Below, piece after piece: positions 1-5,655 of a DNA stretch of 5,872 nucleotides. Origin of the DNA: Octopus sinensis (taxonomy: Eukaryota); the NCBI RefSeq assembly GCF_006345805.1, contig NW_021829850.1:1-5872 (forward strand), in the 5' to 3' direction. The position numbers were made by a program, and so were the translations under genes. The notes under the pieces were generated by a model, which worked only from the letters and a program-made list of their open reading frames with translations, searched no databases and was not told where the DNA came from. Each line of letters begins with the position of its first letter. The first letter of the stretch is position 1.

Positions 1-83
1 TAAGACAGAGGAAGTGTAAAACAATTTCGCTAGTGACACAACACATTCCTCAGAATATGCATAAGTATCCGCCATATCTTTTT

Positions 84-386
84 TATATATACATTTAGTT
101 ATGGATGTATAAATGGAAGTATACATGTATATATGCTATTGTATTTATGTATGCATATATGTGTATGTATGCATGTATGTATTTATCTACATATGTATGT
201 ATTTATGTACTTATAAATGTTTATTTGTGTATGTATGTATGCATATATATTCGTGTAGGTGTATATTTGTGTGAGTATTGTGCTAATGTGTATGTATATA
301 TAACTTTCATTATATATTTATTTGTGCATGTGTATCGTTACTAGTTATATATATTTATATATTTGCGTGTGCTAAATATTACATAT
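84..386. repeat. Degenerate (TATG)n/(TA)n low-complexity tract
   Basis: Recurrent tatg/tgta/tata units with almost no C. It explains the Y/M/C/V/I-rich ORF 105..344. Confidence 0.85.
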
Positions 387-464
387 ATCATCATCATCAT
401 TATCATCAACATCATCATCATTTAATGTATTCTTTGCTGGCATAGGTTGGATGGTTTGACAGGA
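387..464 (-). mobile_element. Short 3'-terminal fragment of a retroposon (LINE/SINE) with a (GAT)n tail
   Basis: The minus strand reads tcctgtcaaaccatccaacctatgccagcaaagaatacattaaa followed by (tga)n at 387-421. This resembles a common Octopus repeat 3' end as I recall it (gtcaaaccgtccaacccatgccagcatggaaaacggacgttaaatgatgatg). Family not verified. Confidence 0.5.
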
Positions 465-494
465 CTCTGCGAAAGCTACGTAAAGCTCTAATGC

Positions 495-527
495 CACACA
501 CACACACACTTACATACATACATATAT
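495..527. repeat. (CA)n + (TACA)n microsatellite
   Basis: cacacacacacacac ttacatacatacatata, read directly. Confidence 0.85.
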
Positions 528-689
528 AACAATGGAAATCTTGAAAGCAAAAGATGTTCGATTGTTACAATTTAAATCACTTTATGAAATACAATCAGTT
601 ACGTTATATAAAATCAATTCGATGAAGTTCTGTAAATCTATACTCTCTTTCTCTTTTCTCTTTTACTTGTTTCAGTCATTTGACTGCGG

Positions 690-763
690 CCATGCTGGAG
701 CACCGCCATTAGTCGAGCAACTCGACCCATGTTGGAGCACCGCCATTAGTCGAGCAAATCGCC
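690..763. repeat. 37-bp tandem duplication inside the SINE
   Basis: 690-726 ccatgctggagcaccgccattagtcgagcaactcgac vs 727-763 ccatgttggagcaccgccattagtcgagcaaatcgcc: 34/37 identical. Confidence 0.95.
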
Positions 764-876
764 CTCGGGACTTATTCTTTGTAAGCCCAGTACTTATTCT
801 ATCGGTCTCTTTTGCCGAACCGCTAAGTGACGGGGACGTAAACACACCAGCATCGGTTGTCAAGCAATGCTAGGGG

Positions 877-939
877 GACAAACACAGACACACAAACACA
901 CACATACACACACCATATATATATATATATACATATATA
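877..939. repeat. (CA)n/(TA)n microsatellite internal to the SINE
   Basis: gacaaacacagacacacaaacacacacatacacacac catatatatatatatatacatatata lies between the SINE head and body. Confidence 0.85.
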
Positions 940-1038
940 CGACAGGCTTCTTTCAGTTTCCGTCTACCAAATCCACTCACAAGGTATTGGTCGGCCCGAG
1001 GCTATAGCAGAAGACACTTGACCAAGGTGCCACGCAGT

Positions 1039-1092
1039 GGGATTGAACCCGGAACCATGTGGTTGGTAAGCAAGCTACTTACCACACAGCTA
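1039..1092 (-). promoter_or_regulatory. Internal RNA Pol III type-2 promoter (A and B boxes) of the SINE
   Basis: A box tagctgtgtgg resembles TRGCNNARYGG and B box ggttcaatccc resembles GGTTCRANNCC, with tRNA-like spacing of 32 nt. Confidence 0.75.
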
Positions 1093-1737
1093 CTCCTGCG
1101 CCTATGAATCAAAATTCAACATAAACCATTAATGGAACGTGAAATCTCTACAGGCCTTATCAATAATATTAATACGCCAATTTGTTTTTGTATGTACCTG
1201 ACGCGTGTGTCACGCTTAAGAGAAAGAAGTTTTGTTGCTTAAATAAAAATATTTAATTACGTCTCCTGAAATTTCTGGAAGAGATTTGAAACCGGCACGT
1301 ATGCGTTGTATTAATTGCTTGTTAATACCCAGGCCTACTGGGCCACAGAAGCAGCAACCGGGTTAACGAGAAAATTAAGATACTTAAATTTGACACGTGT
1401 ACCGAGCAAGGGAGAGAGGAAGTGAGACAGAACGAGAGAGGGAGAGAGATGACGACACGTAACTGAGTGGCCGATAGGTAATTGAATTCCTTTCTGTGAT
1501 TGAACTGAAATTGATCCCTGGCTATTAAAGGCCCAACCACACGCACAAATTTGTTATAGGCCTCCTACCCATTTGAATTCGGGCATAGACCAGATAACAT
1601 GTTCCAAAATTTAAATTTTGAATTTGTTTTAATTATATAATTACACCTCAGCTGAAAAAAAACATCTTTTGGCTTTCGAATACCTTTTCTTTGTCTTTCT
1701 ATATTTTTTGTTAAGTCACAATTTCTCTGTTTTGGTC

Positions 1738-1832
1738 GAGTTTCTCCAATGTATACTATGAGTTTCCCCAATGTATACTATGAGTTTCCCCAATGTATAC
1801 TATGAGTTTCCCCAATGTATACTATGAGTTTC
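1738..1832 (+). repeat. 22-bp minisatellite, 4 copies plus 7 bp
   Basis: Unit gagtttc(t/c)ccaatgtatactat at 1738, 1760, 1782 and 1804, then a partial gagtttc at 1826. One substitution among the copies, and no spacers. Confidence 0.97.
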
Positions 1833-1911
1833 TTTGCCCTAGGAGTCGGGAAGACACTCGGCAAGAAATGGAAGCAAATTTGAAAGAAGAAAAAAAAATA
1901 ATAATAATAAT
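1812..1911 (+). mobile_element. 3'-terminal fragment of a Dong/R4-like non-LTR retrotransposon with an A-run + (TAA)4 tail
   Basis: 1812-1891 matches 2381-2460 (the 3' UTR end of the downstream RLE-encoding copy) at 79/80 nt. It is followed by an A-run and taataataataa. The 5' boundary may extend through the 22-mers or further. Confidence 0.85.
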
Positions 1912-1928
1912 AGCTGTCAATAATAATA

Positions 1929-2294
1929 GTGATTCTGTGGGACTTTCCAGTACATACAAACCGAACCATCAAAGCCAATAAACCGGATATTGTTGTGAAA
2001 GACCTAAACAGTAAAGTTTGCTTATTGATCAACATGAGCATCCCCAGTGATCATAATATCTCGGCGAAAGAATTTGACAAGCTCAGAAAATATAAAGACC
2101 TACTCATTGAAATTGAGAAAATGTGGCATCTGAAGGCGGTTACAATACCAGTGATCGTAGGAGCACTAGGAATGATCAAGAAGGGAACCGAAAATTATAT
2201 GAGAATGATCCCTGGCTTACTATCCCTTCAAGAAGTGCAAAAGATTGTCTTAACTGGTACATCACACGTATTGAGAAGAGCATTATCGATGTGA
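1929..2294 (+). pseudogene. Remnant ORF: PD-(D/E)xK restriction-like endonuclease domain of an R4/Dong retrotransposon
   Basis: 121-aa open frame with no true start (GTG at the truncation point, upstream TAG at 1911-1913). KPDIVV, KYKDL and PVIVGALG are present. The second acidic residue reads N (LLIN, codon aac). Confidence 0.85.
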
Positions 2295-2470
2295 GAACTA
2301 TTACTTCCCATGTATTTTAATTTAACTTTATTTCTATCAAAAAAAAATGAACGAACTAGTGAGTTTAGTTTAATGGCCTACCAATGTATACTATGAGTTT
2401 CTTTGCTCTAGGAGTCGGGAAGACACTCGGCAAGAAATGGAAGCAAATTTGAAAGAAGAAGAAAAACCCA
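1929..2470 (+). mobile_element. 5'-truncated Dong/R4-clade non-LTR retrotransposon (end of ORF + 3' UTR) between TAA tracts
   Basis: Encodes ILWDF..T...I.ANKPDIVV..K...LLI(N)MSIP.D......E..K..KY.DL..EI..MW......IPVIVGALG...ILR-like motifs, typical of the R4/Dong restriction-like endonuclease C-terminus. Stop at 2292-2294, ~170-bp 3' UTR, then gaagaagaaaaa and (TAA)n. TAA-microsatellite targeting is an established property of Dong elements. Confidence 0.88.
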
Positions 2471-2532
2471 TAAATAATAATAATAATAATAATAATAATG
2501 ATAATAATAGTAATAATAATAATAATAATAAA
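2471..2532 (+). repeat. (TAA)n microsatellite
   Basis: About 20 TAA units with single tga/tag interruptions. Confidence 0.97.
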
Positions 2533-3078
2533 TGCCCTGATGCAGTACCAGGCAGTGGCTCTCATGGCTTCTGATCTTAACTGATTGGAAGTGTTATCAT
2601 GTACATTGTTTTGTCTTGGTATAAAAGATGGGCTACAGCAAATATTCTGCTCAATACCACAGATTTGCTTGTCAGTTGTTTGACCTTAACCAGTTGAGCA
2701 TGTCCCTTAGTGCTGACGATATGTGCATCTCTGATCACGAGCAGATAGTTGGGGAGCATCATAGCCATGTGTTGAGAGGGATTCTTTAGGGTTTGAATAT
2801 TCACCTCTGGAAAATGGGTGGTTCTTTCAACATCCTTAAACAACCCTTATTCAGGGACCTTTGAGCGGGATGGCTACTCAACCTGAAGAAAATTCTAACT
2901 GGGCCCCACCTGCAAGGTCATGTGCTGTTTATCTTGATATGAGATCACCATGTCGCGCACATATGGTTGTGATCATGTGCCTGGTGTACCCTTATCAGAC
3001 GGGTAGTCATGATGGGTATATTGGGCTTCGTAATTTTACCCCAGTGTCACTTTGATGGCATGCACTGCTCTCTCACTC
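2533..3078. mobile_element. Unclassified 546-bp non-coding interspersed element bounded by (TAA)n on both sides
   Basis: Complex, more GC-balanced sequence with sharp transitions into TAA arrays at both ends (taaa|tgccctgatg ... ctctcactc|aataataa). Hairpins at both ends, no Pol III boxes, no recognisable protein. I recall similar sequence as an Octopus repeat; this is unverified. Confidence 0.6.
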
Positions 3079-3116
3079 AATAATAATATATTATAATAAT
3101 AATAATAATAATAATA

Positions 3117-3191
<75 letters not shown>

Positions 3192-3198
3192 AAGAAGA
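3079..3198 (+). repeat. Compound (TAA)n-(GAA)11 microsatellite
   Basis: TAA array 3079-3163 (two phase slips) joined directly to 11 perfect GAA units at 3164-3196. Confidence 0.97.
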
Positions 3199-3330
3199 GT
3201 AGTTTCAAATTTTGGCACAAGGCCAGCGATGTTAAGGATGTTAGGTCGATGTTAAGGCGATTTCGTTGACCCTAGTGCTCAAGTGGTTCTAATTTTATCG
3301 AATCCAAAGGATGAAAGGCTAGGTCGGTCA
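3199..3330 (-). mobile_element. 5'-truncated, diverged SINE of the same family as 4192-4564; its tail is the adjacent (TTC)n(TTA)n
   Basis: 3258-3329 aligns to the reverse complement of 4283-4359 (atttatcgacctcgaaaggatgaaaggcaaagtcg vs ttttatcgaatccaaaggatgaaaggctaggtcg). The minus-strand end ccttgtgccaaaatttgaaac parallels ccttgtgcctagagtagaaa at 4543-4562. Confidence 0.8.
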
Positions 3331-3523
3331 AAGCAATGACTGCAAGACATTTTCTTTTCTTTTTGTTTTGTTCTTTTTTTTCTCTTACGCCCTAACGATT
3401 CTGCTATCTCGCTGCCATACCAAATGGTAAATATACCAACGACGAAAAGAACAAGAAAAATACTTGATGTTGAATCGAAACACAAGCAAACGAAAACACA
3501 CAGAAACGCACACGTGTATATGA

Positions 3524-3610
<87 letters not shown>

Positions 3611-3710
3611 ACACATATATACTTTTAATATATGTATATGTATATATACATATATACATACATGTAGGTACACACACGTACATACATATATAAATGCACA
3701 CTCATATACG
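3524..3710. repeat. (GT)n-(TA)n compound microsatellite with a degenerate TA/CA flank
   Basis: GT at 3524-3540 and TA at 3541-3610, including a 15-bp unit ttatatatatatata twice (3571-3600). Explains the I/Y-rich ORFs. Confidence 0.95.
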
Positions 3711-4122
3711 TACAACAGCAACTCGATTGTAAGATATAAATGTGGGCATTAGGGCAAAAGTACTAAGGTTTCTGTGGAATACTCAGCCACTTACACACTT
3801 GCTAATTCAAAGAACGGGCAGTTCACTTGATTGAACACCTGAATACAATGCATTAAAATCGACAGAGCTTAATTTACATATTCATATGCATATGAGTTCA
3901 TACCGCATTAGCCAAACCTGCAGGCGTATTCAAGTATGATACCCCCATTTGATAGTCGAGGCTTTGTTTTAATTGTGGGAGGCCATGGAAGGATGTCCGC
4001 TTGAATAAAATAACAATCTAATTCATATGTTAATGTCAACATTGACACAAGTTGTCGTCGATTAACAATCCTATGTAAATTATATTTTTCTAGGGAGAGA
4101 ATGATAGAAACGACAAATTAAG

Positions 4123-4132
4123 TATGTATATG

Positions 4133-4179
<47 letters not shown>

Positions 4180-4180
4180 A
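4123..4180. repeat. (TA)n-(TG)n microsatellite
   Basis: Read directly. Confidence 0.95.
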
Positions 4181-4191
4181 TAGTCTGTCTT

Positions 4192-4564
4192 AAAGCGGCA
4201 ACCTGGCTGAAACGTTAGCACGCCGGGTGAAATGCGCAGCCGCATTTCGTCTGCCGTTACGTTCTGAGTTCAAATTCCGCCAAGGTCGACTTTGCCTTTC
4301 ATCCTTTCGAGGTCGATAAATTAAGTACCAGTTACGCACTGGGGTTGATGTGATCGACTTAATCCGTTTGTCTGTCCTGTGTTTAGCCCCTTGTGGGTAG
4401 TAAAGAAATAGGTATTTCGTCTGCCGCTACGCTCTGAGTTCAAATTCTGCAGGGGTCCACTTTGCCTTTCATCATTTCGGAGTCGATAATTTAAGTACTG
4501 CCGTCGATCTAATCGACTGGTTCCATCCCCCAAAATTTCGAGCCTTGTGCCTAGAGTAGAAAAG
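4192..4564 (+). mobile_element. Dimeric tRNA-derived SINE (Octopus OK/OR-type-like): full left monomer plus an A-box-less right monomer
   Basis: A-box-like tggctgaaacg (4204-4214) and B box gagttcaaattcc (4266-4278). 4244-4328 repeats at 4414-4498 with 74/85 identity. The right monomer ends cccccaaaatttcgagccttgtgcctagagtagaaaag. Confidence 0.85.
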
Positions 4565-4570
4565 TATATT

Positions 4571-4680
4571 CTGTCTGTCTTTCTCCCACTCCTTACTGTC
4601 TTTCATTCATTCTCCCTTCTCCTCACACCCTTTGTTTCTTTCTCTCATTCTCTCTCTTGTCCCCTTCCACTCTGCCTTTT
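4571..4680. repeat. Polypyrimidine (CT-rich) low-complexity tract
   Basis: About 110 nt, strongly dominated by C and T on the + strand. Confidence 0.8.
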
Positions 4681-4999
4681 GCCCACACGTGACTACAGGC
4701 CAGTTCTCTCACCCCTGTCTTTTCTGGACGGGACAACCACAGAGCTGGACGTCGATTCTCTCGCCTCCTGACATTTTTTCTCTTCTATTATTTACTTCTA
4801 TTTCTATTAGGTATTTCCCCCGGGCGTCACCCATTACAGTTTGTCTTGGCCTAACGGCCCTTAATGTTTGTCTTCATCGATTGTTTACTTTAACAACTGA
4901 TGGGCGAGTTATTTTCTTTTGGTATTTTGTCCTATACTTGTCTCCCGTGTGTTTACATATTTTTCACTCGTTGGTGATGTCCTGTACATAACATGTATT

Positions 5000-5000
5000 T

Positions 5001-5037
<37 letters not shown>

Positions 5038-5090
5038 TGTGTGTGTGTGTCGTACGTACGTATGTATGTATGTATGTATGTATGTATATG
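5000..5090. repeat. Compound (TA)n-(TG)n-(CGTA)n-(TATG)n microsatellite
   Basis: Read directly. The (TATG)6 part at 5061-5084 abuts the RTE 3' end. Confidence 0.95.
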
Positions 5091-5148
5091 ATGACTGCTT
5101 CATCTTGACAAATGAAAGCCGTCCCATCAACACACACCCCACACTTCA

Positions 5149-5472
5149 TCACACAGCACAACTCCACCCCAGTTGATAAACTCTCAGATGACTTTTAGGA
5201 CCAGCTGCTGACTGACCGGGCTTCAAACACAAGTAACAGACATTATTCAAGTTTCTTTTACATCTTTGCTCTTTGTAATCTGAAGGAATATTTTTGTGAA
5301 CTAGCATATGCCTTTTAAGTCCTGATATTATCTTACAGGTTTTGTGACATATGACACAAGTTGTCAGAGGCGGTTGGTGGTCAAGATTATTGCCTACTTG
5401 GGCATTTCGATTTTCATGTAACTTCATATAATTCACGTATCCTGCTTTTGACAACAGAACACGATCACACAT
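5149..5472 (-). pseudogene. RTE ORF2 C-terminal remnant with three C2H2-type zinc-finger units
   Basis: CVICHKTCKIISGLKRHMLVH is a canonical C-x2-C-x12-H-x3-H. The flanking units xMCDRVLLSKAGYVNYMKLH and CYLCLKPGQSAAGPKSHLRVY each have one His position read as Tyr (TAT codon). Confidence 0.8.
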
Positions 5473-5655
5473 GCCATGCGCAAAACTTCTTTATCTGGTA
5501 TAAAACATCCCCAAATGACTCCCAAGATACGTCCGAGACCCTTCTGATGAAATCTCTCCAGAATTTTCATATGATGCCTGTAAGTGGTCCACGTCTCACT
5601 CGAATAAGAAAATGCAGTCAATACACACGTCTTCTAGGCACTGGGTTTTAATAAA
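5466..5655 (-). pseudogene. RTE ORF2 remnant, post-RT (thumb-proximal) segment
   Basis: SETWTTY and LERFHQ motifs, with an in-frame TAG replacing the expected Tyr just upstream of the ORF-track start. Confidence 0.85.

Larger units (their letters stand above)
641..1106 (-). mobile_element. Near full-length tRNA-derived SINE with a CORE-like domain (Octopus OR-type SINE-like)
   Basis: Minus-strand head cataggcgcaggag, A box tagctgtgtgg (1082-1092), B box ggttcaatccc (1039-1049). Next comes gcgtggcaccttggtcaagtgtcttc, similar to the CORE motif (accttgggcaagt). It has an internal CA/TA microsatellite, a 3' inverted repeat cagtca-tt-tgactg (673-686) and a gagaaaa/gtaaaa-like tail (641-670). Confidence 0.85.

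Noticed and set aside
105-344. 79-aa ORF
   Set aside because: Translation of the degenerate TATG/TA repeat; not protein-like.
532-873. 113-aa ORF and the antisense ORF 672..863
   Set aside because: They read through the SINE body and its 37-bp duplication; no domain motifs.
1035-1106. Possible tRNA gene
   Set aside because: A and B boxes are present but I could not fold a full cloverleaf, and the sequence continues into a SINE body.
625-1120. Target-site duplication around the first SINE
   Set aside because: No convincing direct repeat at the two flanks.
1605-1643. Palindromes caaaatttaaattttg (1605-1620) and taattatataatta (1630-1643); also tcatatgcatatga (3882-3895)
   Set aside because: AT-rich, low-complexity palindromes with no associated element ends or TSDs.
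1738-1832. Possible CRISPR array
   Set aside because: The 22-bp units are contiguous with no spacers, the context is eukaryotic, and there are no cas genes.
2537-2560. ctgatgc as a hammerhead core (also ctgataa on the minus strand near 2992-2998 and ctgaaga at 2883-2889)
   Set aside because: None is followed by stem II plus GAAA.
2577-2843. 88-aa minus ORF and 64-aa plus ORF (2861..3055) in the orphan element
   Set aside because: No RT, endonuclease or other recognisable motif; lengths are compatible with chance.
3279-3721. Three overlapping I/Y/C-rich ORFs
   Set aside because: Artefacts of (TA)n/(GT)n. The poly-I/L ORFs at 2365..2565 and 3036..3218 are likewise TAA/GAA artefacts.
3745-3845. 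Possible decayed SINE 3' fragment (gaatactcagccacttacac...)
   Set aside because: It resembles an Octopus repeat from memory only, with no internal evidence in this window.
4043-5365. Identical 14-mer tgacacaagttgtc at 4043-4056 and 5352-5365
   Set aside because: The flanks do not extend convincingly, and one such match in a 5.9-kb AT-rich window is plausible by chance.
5149-5472. Host C2H2 zinc-finger gene exon
   Set aside because: No TGEKP linkers, embedded between RTE coding sequence and an RTE-type 3' end, and ligand residues are mutated.
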